From assembly GCA_050251945.1 (NCBI GenBank), contig JBFWLW010000002.1, positions 1 through 64,000 on the forward strand: a stretch of 64,000 nt of DNA, written 5' to 3'. Positions 51,552 to 62,798 of the stretch are shown piece by piece; positions within the stretch are counted from its first letter, which is position 1, and each line of letters opens with the position of its first letter. The position numbers were made by a program, and so were the translations under genes. The notes below the pieces were generated by a model that was not told the DNA's origin, did not search any database, and saw only the letters and a program-made list of their open reading frames with translations. The DNA comes from Deferribacterales bacterium (lineage in GTDB: Bacteria; Chrysiogenota; Deferribacteres; Deferribacterales; Geovibrionaceae).

Positions 51552-51977
51552 TCAAAAAACTCCGATGCGTTTTGCATTTTCAAGAGCTTTCACAGTAAGC
51601 ATCTCGCCTTCATCCACCACCTCTTCAAGCGTAGAAAACCCGAATTTATGGGCATTGCGGTGGAATTTTTGCAGGAAAATATAGTCCTCGTAAACCAGAA
51701 GAGCCCTGCCGAACCCTTCGGTGTTGATATCAAGAACTGTTATTACCATCTTTCCGCACTGTTCCTCAGCATAAAGGGCAACAGCTTCGTAATAAAGGCG
51801 TATCTTTGCTACAGTCTCAGGTGAGATGGAGGCAAAGACATCTATCTTCTTCTTATCCTCTTTCGTGAGGACATAATATCTGGTCATAAGCGTATCGTCC
51901 GCCACGTTCTTCCATATGTTGTGCGGATCGTGGGAACGGATCTTTGTTATAAGTGCGTCCTTAAAAGTTTTCGCCAT
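51552..51977 (-). CDS. NifX-associated protein (DUF269)
   Basis: IRSHD, EGFGRA, HKFGF.TLE motifs; follows nifX. Confidence 0.85.
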   Translation of the reverse strand: MAKTFKDALITKIRSHDPHNIWKNVADDTLMTRYYVLTKEDKKKIDVFASISPETVAKIRLYYEAVALYAEEQCGKMVITVLDINTEGFGRALLVYEDYIFLQKFHRNAHKFGFSTLEEVVDEGEMLTVKALENAKRIGVF

Positions 51978-51987
51978 AAAAGAATCC

Positions 51988-52368
51988 TTATTCCGGCTGT
52001 CTGTCTCTGTACAGAGCTTTTTTAAGCCACGGAGCGGGGTTTCCGCCCAGAGTTGTCTTGAGGTTCTCAAGTATTTCAGCTATCGGCACAGGGTCGTTCA
52101 CTTTAACGGGGTGTATCTTATTCTTGATTACGTGCGCGGCGGCGGGTCCGCCTATCTGTGCAACATAAAGTATTGCGCAGTCAGAAAGTTTCTCAGCTTT
52201 CGAGCCTGTGTCGAGTTTATGTTCTTCACCTTCTTCCTGCTCTGCGAACTCACGCACTTCGCTTAAGGAGTATGACTTTTCGTCTATCTCATAGATGGCA
52301 ACTTTCGTCGCTCTGCCGTAATGCTCGTCAACAGTTTTAAGATCGTTCGTACAAAAACCGATTTTCAT
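51988..52368 (-). CDS. nifX: Nitrogen fixation protein NifX
   Basis: VDEHYGRA, DCAILYVAQIGGPAAA, PAPWLKK. Confidence 0.92.
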   Translation of the reverse strand: MKIGFCTNDLKTVDEHYGRATKVAIYEIDEKSYSLSEVREFAEQEEGEEHKLDTGSKAEKLSDCAILYVAQIGGPAAAHVIKNKIHPVKVNDPVPIAEILENLKTTLGGNPAPWLKKALYRDRQPE

Positions 52369-52378
52369 AATATTCCCC

Positions 52379-53689
52379 CTAGTGACCCGACCTTTCAATG
52401 TCGAGGGTCATGCATATATTTCCTATGTCAAAAGCAAGCATCATAGCGCCGTAGTAACCGATGAAGGTTCTGTGGAAGTGTCCCAGATAATCTTTGACCG
52501 GATAGCCTACGCGATAGAGCGGCTTGTGCGCCCTGTGACACATGGGTGTAGCGTTTGAATTGGCTATTATAAAGTCGGAAGCCTTTGAATATTCCTCAAG
52601 GTCTTCCAGATCGCCCATTATGATATTCTCCGTCGGCAGGTTTTCAAACACGCCGTGGCGCGAGGTTGTCACTGCCGTTTCAAGTCTTATGCCCATCTCT
52701 TTCGTAAGATAGTTCCCAAGACCGTACAGCAGATCGGGTTCACCCGCTATTGAAAAGCTCTTTCCGCTGAAACTGAAATGAGCGTCAAGCAGTGCATCCA
52801 CAGCTCTTTGACGCTGGATACGCATCCATGCGGGAGCCTGTTTGCCCGTGTAGTCCATCAGCCATGAAATGAGTTCGTCTGTCGCCTCAATACCTGTGAG
52901 TGTGTCGAATTTTTTATAGGGAACCGTGCAGCGCTCAAGGAGTATATCCGCAGAAGCTTCCATACAGCCGCCCACAACTATTGAGAAATCGGCGTGAGCC
53001 ATCTTTTTGATAGTGTCGATGGACGTTCCCTCTTCCGGCAGACCGTAGAAGTGATTCACCTGACCGCCCATGCTTGCAGACAGGTCGGGATAAACAATAA
53101 CATCCAGCCCGAAAGCCTCAAACGTACGTTTCATCCAGTCTATGTCGCCTGCCGTCAGGTGCATACCGGCAAGGATGTTCACCATCTTTCTGGTTCTGTA
53201 GTCGGTTCTCACCGCAGGCTCTATCAGAAGAGCAAGCGTAGCCGCGCAGGCAGCTCCGTACCCTGTCTCGGCATCCCCTTTGAAATCGGGGCATGCGACG
53301 GGAACGACAGGTGTGCTGTCGTACCGGGGATATTTTTCGCGGAAGCGGATAAGGCTTCCTTTGATATCGTCCCCGCGCACCTCTGTCATACCGGTGGTGA
53401 CAAGCCCTATGAAATCAGGCTTCTGCTTATCAATGACGTTTGCGATACCTTCGTGAAGGTTGCTGTCGTCACCGATGATGGTGGCTATGTCAAACACAGC
53501 GGTGGACTGCATGGGAGTGACCTCTCTGTAGTGCTGTGTCAGAAAGTTCTTTGTAAATGCCATACATCCCTGCGCGCCGTGAACCAGAGGCATAACCCTG
53601 TGCATACCGAGGAAAGCGGTTATAGCACCCATTATGGCTCCTTTCTTCAGCGGGTTAACAGACAGCGGTTTTTCGATTATCTTAACCAA
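52379..53689 (-). CDS. nifN: FeMo-cofactor scaffold subunit
   Basis: SVNPLK, HGAQGC, PMQSTA, GDLEDL. Confidence 0.93.
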   Translation of the reverse strand: MVKIIEKPLSVNPLKKGAIMGAITAFLGMHRVMPLVHGAQGCMAFTKNFLTQHYREVTPMQSTAVFDIATIIGDDSNLHEGIANVIDKQKPDFIGLVTTGMTEVRGDDIKGSLIRFREKYPRYDSTPVVPVACPDFKGDAETGYGAACAATLALLIEPAVRTDYRTRKMVNILAGMHLTAGDIDWMKRTFEAFGLDVIVYPDLSASMGGQVNHFYGLPEEGTSIDTIKKMAHADFSIVVGGCMEASADILLERCTVPYKKFDTLTGIEATDELISWLMDYTGKQAPAWMRIQRQRAVDALLDAHFSFSGKSFSIAGEPDLLYGLGNYLTKEMGIRLETAVTTSRHGVFENLPTENIIMGDLEDLEEYSKASDFIIANSNATPMCHRAHKPLYRVGYPVKDYLGHFHRTFIGYYGAMMLAFDIGNICMTLDIERSGH

Positions 53690-55052
53690 AGCTGACCTCC
53701 CACGGAGCAGGCTTCTTAACTATGGAGAACACGGGGGATGTCAGCGTTCCGCATATTTTCTGCGCAAGCACCAGCGAACCTTCGTATCCGGCGAATGCAA
53801 AGTGTCTCTCCTGATTCACATCCACGAAAGGAACCTGTCCCTTCATGGCGTTGTACATATTCCGTCCGCCCGCAAGGAACAGATCGGCATCGTATTCTTT
53901 CATATATTTCAGAAGGGTCTTTCCGTCCCCTTTGGGCATCAGACCGTCTTCGTTTCCTTCAAAGTATTCAAGTATTCTGGCGATATCCTCTTCCGTTGAT
54001 TTTCTGGTGCTGGATTTGATAACTTCCATGCCCAGTTCTTCAAGCTGTTTGAGTATCGACCAGCTCTTCACGCCGCCTGTATACACAAGCACTTTCTTGC
54101 CTTTCATTATAGGAAGATAGGGAGCAAGCTGCTCCATTGTTTCCTTCTCTTTTCTGGCGGTGAGTTCCCCGACCTTCTTTTTCAGCAGGTCGCTGCCCAT
54201 CATCTCCGCTATCTGCATGAGTGTTTTCTTTGTTTCGCCCATACCGTAGAATGAGCCTTCAAAATAGGGTATTCCGTATTTTTCATCGAGCTGACGCGCA
54301 AGCGATATCAGAGCGCGGCTGCATATGACCACGCTGAGTTTCGAGCGGTGTGCATAGCACAGTTCGTCGTACGTGGCGTTGCCTGTCATCTTGCTGAAAA
54401 GGCTGATGCCAAGCTCTTCAAAAAGCGGCTCAACCTGAAAAAGCTCACCTGCGATGTTGTATTCCCCGATAAGGTTTATGGGGAACATAGGTACGTTCTC
54501 CGGTTCTTTCGTTCCTATGACGTGGTTAAAAAGCGCATAGCCTGCAAATTTATTTCCGAGGTTCTTGCTGCCGGAAAATCCGGGCGAATCCACTGGAATG
54601 ACCTGAAGCCCAAGTTCATCGGTCATCTCTTTTGCGACAGTATCGATATCCTCGCCTGTCATAGCCGTAACGCATGTTGAATAGATAAAGACAGCTTTGG
54701 GCTTAAACTTGCGTGCAACATAGCGCACCGATTCCTTAAGCTTTTTTTCGCCGCCGAACACTATGTCCAGCTCGTTCATATCGGTGGTCATGCCGTATTG
54801 ATGGAGGTTGCCCACATGTGTGCGGGTACCTCTGTTGTTGTAGCTTTGTCCGCAGCATGTTATCGGACCATGAATGATGTGTGCCGCATCCGCAACGGGA
54901 AGCAGGACTATCTGTGCGCCGTCGAAAGCGCATCCGCCTGCTGTCGCCCCGGGAGTGGGCTTTTTGCATGCTTCTTTTTTCTGCTCTGCCGTTTTCTTTT
55001 GATTATGATCGCAGCCCGGCTCTTCCGTAAGCTGCTGAATTGCCAGTCTCAT
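53682..55052 (-). CDS. nifE: FeMo-cofactor scaffold subunit
   Basis: GGCAFDGA, GSKNLGN, YTGGVKSWS, DVNQER. Confidence 0.95.
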   Translation of the reverse strand: MRLAIQQLTEEPGCDHNQKKTAEQKKEACKKPTPGATAGGCAFDGAQIVLLPVADAAHIIHGPITCCGQSYNNRGTRTHVGNLHQYGMTTDMNELDIVFGGEKKLKESVRYVARKFKPKAVFIYSTCVTAMTGEDIDTVAKEMTDELGLQVIPVDSPGFSGSKNLGNKFAGYALFNHVIGTKEPENVPMFPINLIGEYNIAGELFQVEPLFEELGISLFSKMTGNATYDELCYAHRSKLSVVICSRALISLARQLDEKYGIPYFEGSFYGMGETKKTLMQIAEMMGSDLLKKKVGELTARKEKETMEQLAPYLPIMKGKKVLVYTGGVKSWSILKQLEELGMEVIKSSTRKSTEEDIARILEYFEGNEDGLMPKGDGKTLLKYMKEYDADLFLAGGRNMYNAMKGQVPFVDVNQERHFAFAGYEGSLVLAQKICGTLTSPVFSIVKKPAPWEVSFG

Positions 55053-55070
55053 AGCTTCTCCTTAGAGACT

Positions 55071-55283
55071 TCAGTCTCCTCTGGTGAGCAGTTTAGCCTC
55101 CATAGTTCTCGGCAGTACAGGTTCTGCGTCCAATGTTTCAAACTCCAGCACCCAGCCGTTTGCCAGAGTAAATTCACCGCCCCATGCACCCTTTTGCTCA
55201 ATAGAGACCACTATCTGTTCCATGTCTTTTTTAGGGACGTATACTGAGTATACGTCCCCTTTTTTATTAAGTGTCACCTTCAT
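55071..55283 (-). CDS. nifT: NifT/FixU protein
   Basis: YVPKKDME..WGG.FTLANGW..LPRT. Confidence 0.9.
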   Translation of the reverse strand: MKVTLNKKGDVYSVYVPKKDMEQIVVSIEQKGAWGGEFTLANGWVLEFETLDAEPVLPRTMEAKLLTRGD

Positions 55284-55287
55284 AGAC

Positions 55288-56796
55288 TTATCGAAGGATG
55301 TCGTAGCTTGTTGTGTACATAGTCTTTTTGTCTATGTCGTCAAGCATACGGTTTACTATCCATGTCATCATTTGAAGTCCGCCTTTGTATCCTATTGTAG
55401 GATATCTGTGCAGGTGGTGTCTGTCCTGAAGCGGGAAGCCTATTCTGCAAAGAGCAATGCCGGTATCTCTTTCAAGATATTTAGCATATGAGTTGCCTAT
55501 TATCATATCCACAGGCTCTGTGAAGAGCAGTGAACGGAAGTGCCACATGTCTTTTCCTGCCCAGATCTGAGCGCCTTTGGCGAACTCATATTTGGAAAGG
55601 TTTTCTTTTGTCTCAGCTTCCCAGTCTTTTGAACCGTTTGAAACGAGAACGTGGATGGGCTCGCCGCCCATTTCCATAACGACTCTGCAAAGACCGTACG
55701 CAAGGTCAGGGTCGCCGTTGATGCCGAATGTTTTGCCGTGGATCCAGTAATAGGAATCCGCGATGGCATCCACAAGCTGACCTCTTTCGTATTCGAGTTC
55801 AGCAGGAACGGGCTTGCCTGTCAGTTCGGCGATTGCCATTACCAGTTCGTCAGTACCTTCAACACCGTAAGGGTTGACCACTTTAACAGGTTGTCCCCAC
55901 TCTTTTTCGATAAACTCTGCTGTCTTGATGAGAGACCATTTCTGAAGCAGAAGTGTGCCTTTGGAGTTGGGTGCATCTCTGAGGTCGTCAAGAGGAGTGC
56001 CGCCTCTGTACATTTTGTATTCGCCGTCGGTGGGTGAGTTAAGTGTTTCAGAAGGATCTGAAAGCAGGTTTATCTCAGCACCGAACAGTTTGAAGATGCG
56101 TTTGATCTCGTCATAGTTTGCAAGATAGGTGTCAAAGCCCATAATAACGTTGATCTTGTCATTTTTGGTCTCTTTTTTAACGCCCATCTGCTGAAGGATA
56201 GCCATCATTGTGTTGTCATAGCCGACAATGTGAGAACCCACAAATGAGGGGGTATGTGCAAATGTCACGGGGAAATCGGCGGGGATGAATCCTTGTTCTT
56301 TAGAGTTTTTTACGAAAGAGTTAAGGTCATCACCGATAACTTCTGACATGCAAGATGTTACTATTGTTATCATTTTAGGGCTGTAGAGTTCATATGTGTT
56401 CTGCAGACCCAGATAAAGTGCATTGTGTCCGCCGAAAACCGCTGCATCCTCAGTCATGGCGTCGCATGATGTGGGGAAGGGTTCGCGGAAGTGACGCATA
56501 AAGTGCGAACGGAAGTATGACGCACAGCCTTGTGAACCGTGTACGAAGGGCATAGTGCCTTCAAAACCGATTGCTGCGAACAGACCGCCTGAGGGCTGGC
56601 AAGCCTTCAGAGGGTTAACGACGAGATCCTGTCTTTTGAAGTTAAGGTCTCTGTATTCCTGTGTTTTTGTCCACTCAAGTGTTTCCTGAACTTTTGCGTC
56701 TGTTTCAGCGTTTTCATATTTTGCTTTTTCAGCAAACATATCCTGATATTCGCAGCCGTTAAACAGGGAAACGTGGTCTTTTATTTTTTCACTCAT
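55288..56796 (-). CDS. nifK: Nitrogenase MoFe protein beta chain
   Basis: NPLKACQP, HGSQGC, MTEDAAVFGG, TSCMSEVIGDD, DRHHLHR. Confidence 0.97.
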   Translation of the reverse strand: MSEKIKDHVSLFNGCEYQDMFAEKAKYENAETDAKVQETLEWTKTQEYRDLNFKRQDLVVNPLKACQPSGGLFAAIGFEGTMPFVHGSQGCASYFRSHFMRHFREPFPTSCDAMTEDAAVFGGHNALYLGLQNTYELYSPKMITIVTSCMSEVIGDDLNSFVKNSKEQGFIPADFPVTFAHTPSFVGSHIVGYDNTMMAILQQMGVKKETKNDKINVIMGFDTYLANYDEIKRIFKLFGAEINLLSDPSETLNSPTDGEYKMYRGGTPLDDLRDAPNSKGTLLLQKWSLIKTAEFIEKEWGQPVKVVNPYGVEGTDELVMAIAELTGKPVPAELEYERGQLVDAIADSYYWIHGKTFGINGDPDLAYGLCRVVMEMGGEPIHVLVSNGSKDWEAETKENLSKYEFAKGAQIWAGKDMWHFRSLLFTEPVDMIIGNSYAKYLERDTGIALCRIGFPLQDRHHLHRYPTIGYKGGLQMMTWIVNRMLDDIDKKTMYTTSYDILR

Positions 56797-56827
56797 TTTA
56801 ATCTCCTTTCCTTAATTTCCGGTCAGA

Positions 56828-58270
56828 TCATTTCCACGGGGGAGTGATCTTTTTCCAGATGGCTCCGTTTACAGCCATATCCATATCTCTTGCGAATACT
56901 TTGAAGCCGTCTACGCCGTGGTAGGGGCCTGAGTAATCCCATGAGTGCATCTGGCGGAAGGGGATACCCTGTTTCTGCGTTGAATATTTTTCCTTGATAC
57001 CGGAACCGACAAGGTCGGGTTTGAAGTTCTCAAGGAGTTTTTCCATTTCGTATTCGTTCATGTCGTCTACGATGAACGTAGTGTTTTCAACATATTCAAG
57101 GGTTCTTGCGTAGTCGTCGTTGTGAGCGAACTCATAACCTGTGATGACAACCTGAACACCGAGGTCGCGGAAAGCGGGGATGATGTGTCTGGGGCGAAGA
57201 CCGCCGACAAACAGCATACAGTTCTTGCCGTCAAGTCTCGGTTTGAACTTGCTCACTATTTCATCGAACTGAGGCTGAAATTTCTCAGCGATTATTTTTT
57301 CAGTCTGCTGCTGAATCTTTTCATCAAAATGAGAAGCTATCTTTCTCATGCTTTTTATAATCTGAGTGGGACCGAAGAAGTTGAACTCAACCCACGGGAT
57401 ACCGAATTTTTCTTCCACATATCTTGATATGTAGTTCATTGAACGGTAGCAGTGCAGAAGTACAACCTTTGCTTTTGTAAGGTTCGCAATTTCGCTTACA
57501 GTTGAATCGCCTGTGGACTGGGAAATAACGTTAAGTCCCATCTCCTCAAGTATTTTTCTTGAGCTCCATGCGTCACCGCCGATGTTGTAGTCGGCAAGCA
57601 GAGCCACGTTATAAGGGCTGTCTTCAATCTCAACACCCTGAACGTCTTTTTCATATATCCAGTCGCGAAGTGAGTCGTTTGCGATGTGGTGACCCAGTGA
57701 CTGGGAAACACCGCGGAAACCTTCACAGCGGCAGGGGATTACAGGTTTTCCGATCTCTTTGGATGTCGCTCTGGAAACCGCTTCGATGTCGTCACCAATA
57801 AGACCGATGGGACATTCGGAAAGAACGGAAACGCCTTTGTTCAGAGGGAAAAGCTCGTTAGCCTCTTTTATGAGGTTTGTGAGCATTTTATCGCCGCCGA
57901 AAACGATGTCTTTTTCCTGAAAGTCGGATGTTATCTGCATAGTCACAAAGTTGTTGATTCCTGCGGTTCCGTTTGCAAAGTTACGTCTTGCAGACCATGA
58001 ATACTGACCGCAGCCAACAGGTCCGTGGCTGATGTGTATCATATCTTTGATGGGTCCGAAAACCACACCTTTTGCTCCCGCATATGCGCAGCCTCTCATA
58101 GACATAACGCCGGGACGTATTTTTCTGTTGGAGTTAATTCCGCATTTTACGTCTTCGGATTTAACAACCTCCAGTTTTTTCTTTCTGTCTTTTTTGGTTC
58201 CGTCGTTGTAGCCTTCAAGGATTTCCTCCATGACCTCAACGCCGTGTTCATGTACATTTTTACCAGACAT
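56828..58270 (-). CDS. nifD: Nitrogenase MoFe protein alpha chain
   Basis: [45 protein letters not shown]. Confidence 0.98.
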   Translation of the reverse strand: MSGKNVHEHGVEVMEEILEGYNDGTKKDRKKKLEVVKSEDVKCGINSNRKIRPGVMSMRGCAYAGAKGVVFGPIKDMIHISHGPVGCGQYSWSARRNFANGTAGINNFVTMQITSDFQEKDIVFGGDKMLTNLIKEANELFPLNKGVSVLSECPIGLIGDDIEAVSRATSKEIGKPVIPCRCEGFRGVSQSLGHHIANDSLRDWIYEKDVQGVEIEDSPYNVALLADYNIGGDAWSSRKILEEMGLNVISQSTGDSTVSEIANLTKAKVVLLHCYRSMNYISRYVEEKFGIPWVEFNFFGPTQIIKSMRKIASHFDEKIQQQTEKIIAEKFQPQFDEIVSKFKPRLDGKNCMLFVGGLRPRHIIPAFRDLGVQVVITGYEFAHNDDYARTLEYVENTTFIVDDMNEYEMEKLLENFKPDLVGSGIKEKYSTQKQGIPFRQMHSWDYSGPYHGVDGFKVFARDMDMAVNGAIWKKITPPWK

Positions 58271-58400
58271 AGATTGACCTCTTAATTTTCAGTACAGTCG
58301 CTGATTAAACGTGGTGTCTCGAAAATGCCTGAAGAATCCGGCGGTCTGCCGAATAGGAAAGGCACTTTGAGACTTCCCACTCTTTTTAATTCCTATGGGG

Positions 58401-59288
<888 letters not shown>

Positions 59289-59310
59289 TTATCGTTGTCG
59301 GGTATTATGT

Positions 59311-59326
59311 AGCATTAGCCGTGCCA
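59311..59326 (-). promoter_or_regulatory. sigma54 promoter of nifH
   Basis: TGGCAC-GGCTA-ATGCT. Confidence 0.85.
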
Positions 59327-59423
59327 GTTTTTGCAACTTACTGATAAAACGTTGCTATTCATACATTTGCATTTTCCGTGCCGTTTTCGTCGCGTATCTG
59401 CCCGATAAATGCTCAACGCAATT

Positions 59424-59439
59424 TGTAACAAACCTTACA
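59424..59439. promoter_or_regulatory. NifA upstream activator sequence
   Basis: TGT-AACAAACCTT-ACA about 100 bp upstream of the nifH -24 element. Confidence 0.75.
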
Positions 59440-59545
59440 ATGGCGATAAAAGTTATTATTTTAAGTGTTTTAGAACGTGACAGCACTATTTTTGGATTTT
59501 TTATTCTCTGATTTCGTCAGTTTTCCTGACCCTATTGGTAAAAAT

Positions 59546-59561
59546 TGTAATGTTTATTACA
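59546..59561. promoter_or_regulatory. Second NifA-type UAS
   Basis: TGT-AATGTTTATT-ACA. Confidence 0.55.
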
Positions 59562-59853
59562 CATTCAAATATGAATCTTTACTGATTAAAAAAGCATCAA
59601 CTGATTATTTTTTGTTCTCCGGTCAACGGTTTTTCTGTCTGACCGATAATTCAGTGTTCAGAGAGCAGCTCACTTCTGTTCACAATACAGCATCAAACAC
59701 AGAGTATATTCAGACAATAACTATATGTTTTTCAGTCTTTACATTTTTTATTTTTAACCGCCACAATCATTTCCAGAAGCTGAACACATGTAAATCAGTT
59801 TTACTCTTGAACTAAACATTGAATGGTTTATATAAGAGTCATGGAGGTGTGCT

Positions 59854-60300
59854 ATGATACACAAGATGACACACTGCCTTCTTATGATTTTCGCTGTAAT
59901 ATTTACAGTTCACACAGCGGATGCCTTTGAGATAGGCGATACGGTTAAGGCTGTCGGAAAGACGGGAAAGGTTTACGAAGCGAAGATAGCTTCTGTGGCT
60001 CTCAGCAAAAGTCTTCTTCTCATCAGAGAAGACGGGACTCAATTCAAAGTACCTGTTTCAGGTATAAAGGCAATTCATAATATAGAAAACAAACTTTACA
60101 AGGCTGCAAACGGAACGTTCATGAAAGTGGTCAAAATAGTCACAAAGGACGGGACTACACTTATGGGCGGAGTTAATGTCAGCGCCACTGTGGCAATTGA
60201 GCATGGAAACGGCATAGTCACAAATCTTATGCTGCCGGACATGCACCGCTTTCACTCAATAGAAACCGATAACAGGATAGCGGTCAGCAGTATTCAATAA
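59854..60300 (+). CDS. Hypothetical exported beta-rich protein
   Basis: GGAGGT RBS, signal peptide ending TADA; no family recognised. Confidence 0.7.
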   Translation: MIHKMTHCLLMIFAVIFTVHTADAFEIGDTVKAVGKTGKVYEAKIASVALSKSLLLIREDGTQFKVPVSGIKAIHNIENKLYKAANGTFMKVVKIVTKDGTTLMGGVNVSATVAIEHGNGIVTNLMLPDMHRFHSIETDNRIAVSSIQ

Positions 60301-60327
60301 CTTAAAGGGCGGTCTCTTAACCGCCCT

Positions 60328-60469
60328 CTGATTGTTGACAAACTTGTTAAAAGTTAATGAGATTGCCGCGTCAGCCTACAGCTTCCTCGCAATGACAGCA
60401 ATTTACGTCTTCGCGAGGAGCGCATGCGACGACGCGATCTCGCATTTTACTGATTTTGTCATCAGTCTG
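60328..60469. mobile_element. 142-bp MITE-like cassette
   Basis: Flanked by AGGGCGGTCTCTTAACCGCCCT and AGGGAGGTCTCTGAACCGCCCT; inverted copy at 37861-38002. Confidence 0.8.
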
Positions 60470-60490
60470 AGGGAGGTCTCTGAACCGCCC

Positions 60491-60922
60491 TTACTCTTTA
60501 TTAAGCACTATAAATCTTTCATTAAGTATCGGCGCGAGAATGGCAATCACATCTGACGGGCGAAGACCGCCCTTTCCGCATCCCGGAAGCGGCATATATA
60601 CCTTTTCCCAGCCTATCTGATCCACCAGCATCACAAGTTCCAGTCCGGAGCGCTTTATAAGCCCCAAATCGGCACGCTCCTGCCAGCTGTGTTCAACGGG
60701 GAAGCTGACTATCATATTATCCAGATGATGCACGTGATTGCCGAACTGGTCAACGAGATACCCCAGCTTCGCATCAAGCCATGGCTGCACTTCACCCACC
60801 TGTTTCGCATTTCCGGAACCGAGATTTGCCTTGCCGTTCTTTCTCACAGTGCCGTTTGTGGTTATCACAACCGGATCTTTGCCCACATGGTCCAGAAGAT
60901 CACCCGTTTCAAATTGCATCAT
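60491..60922 (-). CDS. Macrodomain (ADP-ribose-binding, DarG/TARG1-like fold) protein
   Basis: TGDLL, ITTNG..LGSGNAK, SFPV, MPLPGCGKGGL; overlaps the draG stop codon. Confidence 0.78.
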   Translation of the reverse strand: MMQFETGDLLDHVGKDPVVITTNGTVRKNGKANLGSGNAKQVGEVQPWLDAKLGYLVDQFGNHVHHLDNMIVSFPVEHSWQERADLGLIKRSGLELVMLVDQIGWEKVYMPLPGCGKGGLRPSDVIAILAPILNERFIVLNKE

Positions 60923-61802
60923 GCACCCTCACTTCCAGATTTAAAAGTTTGCCGGTCTGTTCGGAAACGGCATCCACAACTTTTGTTTCCAGCTTTCTAA
61001 GCCATTTTGAAGGAATATTGTTAACCCCGTAAAGCGCACCTGCCAGCATACCCGCAATGGCGCCGTTGGTATCCGCATCACCGCCCTGATTGACGGTATT
61101 CACCAGAGTGTCCTCGAAATATTCGCCCTCTGCAAAATAATGCATCACTGTCTTAAAGGTGTCCACGACGTATCCTGAACATTCGCCTTTGTAATTTGAA
61201 TACGAATACTTCGGGAACTCCCTTATGAGTCTGTTGCCTATGGCAAGCGACTTCAATTTGTCGCCGCTTGTAAATAACTCCCGCATCATCTCGCCGAAAA
61301 CCAGCGTAATGCGGTCGGAATGTTCGTTGTTATGCGTGAGCCTGCTCTGGGCAAGCGACATCTCTTCAAACATTGACCAGTCCTTAAGGCTGTAAAGCAC
61401 CAGCGGCAGGTTGCGCATAGCGCCTCCGTTGCCGGCGGACTGCTCCGAATAGGGTGATTCCACCCTGCCCGTGGTCACATAGTCCCGTAATCCGCGGCGC
61501 ACGGTGGAGCCGATATCAACAGGCTTGGATTTCATCCAGTTCACAAAGTGATCGGCGGCGGATGTCAGTCTGAATCCCTGCTGTTCGATTATGCTGTTGC
61601 CGAGCGCAAGACACATCTCCGTATCATCGGTCACTCTGCCCGCGCGAAGCTTAAGCCAGCCGCCACCTGTTATCCTGTTATGCACTCCAAACTGATCTTT
61701 TATCTCCCGCGGATTCATAAACTCTGTCGTGGCGCCGAGGGCGTCGCCGACCGCGAATCCGAGGTAACTTCCGAGCGCTCTCCGGAGAAGCTCATTTTTC
61801 AT
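60909..61802 (-). CDS. draG: ADP-ribosyl-[dinitrogen reductase] hydrolase
   Basis: GDALGATTEF, GGGWL, VTDDTEM, PVDIG.T, GNGGAMR, GGDADT. Confidence 0.93.
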   Translation of the reverse strand: MKNELLRRALGSYLGFAVGDALGATTEFMNPREIKDQFGVHNRITGGGWLKLRAGRVTDDTEMCLALGNSIIEQQGFRLTSAADHFVNWMKSKPVDIGSTVRRGLRDYVTTGRVESPYSEQSAGNGGAMRNLPLVLYSLKDWSMFEEMSLAQSRLTHNNEHSDRITLVFGEMMRELFTSGDKLKSLAIGNRLIREFPKYSYSNYKGECSGYVVDTFKTVMHYFAEGEYFEDTLVNTVNQGGDADTNGAIAGMLAGALYGVNNIPSKWLRKLETKVVDAVSEQTGKLLNLEVRVHDAI

Positions 61803-61837
61803 TTGCAAACTCCGCGGATTTCCTCTATTTGATTATC

Positions 61838-62662
61838 ATGGGTGTAGAAAAACAAAAAAGCAGCATATCCCGCCTTAAGGATCTGAAGAGGTTTTACCAT
61901 TACTCCAACCTCATCAATATCCCTACTTACATGTTCGTAAGCAACGAATACAATCTGAACGTCATGCCTATCACCATAAGCGGGGTGTGGGAATACTATG
62001 CCGATATTTTCAATTCCATCAAACAGGCTGATACAATTGAAAATGCCGCCAAAGTTTTCACTAACGCGATGGACACGCTCTTCTCCCTTTCCGAAAAGCA
62101 CAACGGTAAAAGAATGGGAAGCTACACCCGACTGCTGAAAGGATGGCTTTTCGATTCCAACAGCATCGAAGGTGCCGTCATGAAGGGATGGGTGGAAAGC
62201 CGCTTCGGCATCCTGCCTTTCTTTCATAAAGAGATCATCCCCGATGTCAACAGCAAGGAATATTACGGATACATGGTTGAGAAGATGGATAGCAAACATA
62301 ACAAAAATCTTATCTTCCATCAGCTTGATCTCCTCTACACCTATACCCAGTGCATCCTCCAGACCTTCTATAAGGATTCTCTGCCGAAAATCACTCTGTA
62401 CAGAGGCGTTAACGACCTTTCGGAGCACCTTGTGGTCAAGGAATATGACAGGACAAGGCTTTGCATAGAACAGAATTCACTCGTGTCTTTCACATCCGAC
62501 AAAGACATCGCATCCCAGTTCGGCGATTATATCCTGACTTCGGAAATACCGTACACCAAGATAGTTTTCTTCTCGGAAGTCCTGCCTACCCTGAGTTTCG
62601 TCGGGGAAAAAGAATATCTTGTCCTCGGCGGGCGCTACGATACAATAGTGACCTACTATTAA
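61838..62662 (+). CDS. draT: NAD+--dinitrogen-reductase ADP-ribosyltransferase
   Basis: SYTRLLKGWLFDSN.IEGAVMKGWVESRFG, QLDLLY, LYRG, SFT, FGD, GEKEYLVLGG. Confidence 0.93.
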   Translation: MGVEKQKSSISRLKDLKRFYHYSNLINIPTYMFVSNEYNLNVMPITISGVWEYYADIFNSIKQADTIENAAKVFTNAMDTLFSLSEKHNGKRMGSYTRLLKGWLFDSNSIEGAVMKGWVESRFGILPFFHKEIIPDVNSKEYYGYMVEKMDSKHNKNLIFHQLDLLYTYTQCILQTFYKDSLPKITLYRGVNDLSEHLVVKEYDRTRLCIEQNSLVSFTSDKDIASQFGDYILTSEIPYTKIVFFSEVLPTLSFVGEKEYLVLGGRYDTIVTYY

Positions 62663-62756
62663 AAGCACGTCCTGTGCTTTTAATAGAAACGCTTCGTCAG
62701 ATTTAAGAGCAAAGCCCTGAAATCCTCTCCACAGGTTTCATACTGAAACCTTGGCT

Positions 62757-62789
62757 GTCTTCGCGAGGAGCAGAGCGACGACGCGATCT
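62757..62789. repeat. Single REP-like unit
   Basis: GTCTTCGCGAGGAGCAGAGCGACGACGCGATCT. Confidence 0.7.
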
Positions 62790-62798
62790 AAAAAAGAT

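Noticed and set aside
55288..58270. Alternative (V/Fe-only) nitrogenase
   Set aside because: No vnfG/anfG; HCYRS and MHSWDY motifs with nifEN indicate the Mo enzyme.
60491..62662. DarT/DarG toxin-antitoxin or anti-phage system
   Set aside because: The transferase has DraT-specific motifs, sits with draG in a nif cluster, and NifH has the target Arg.
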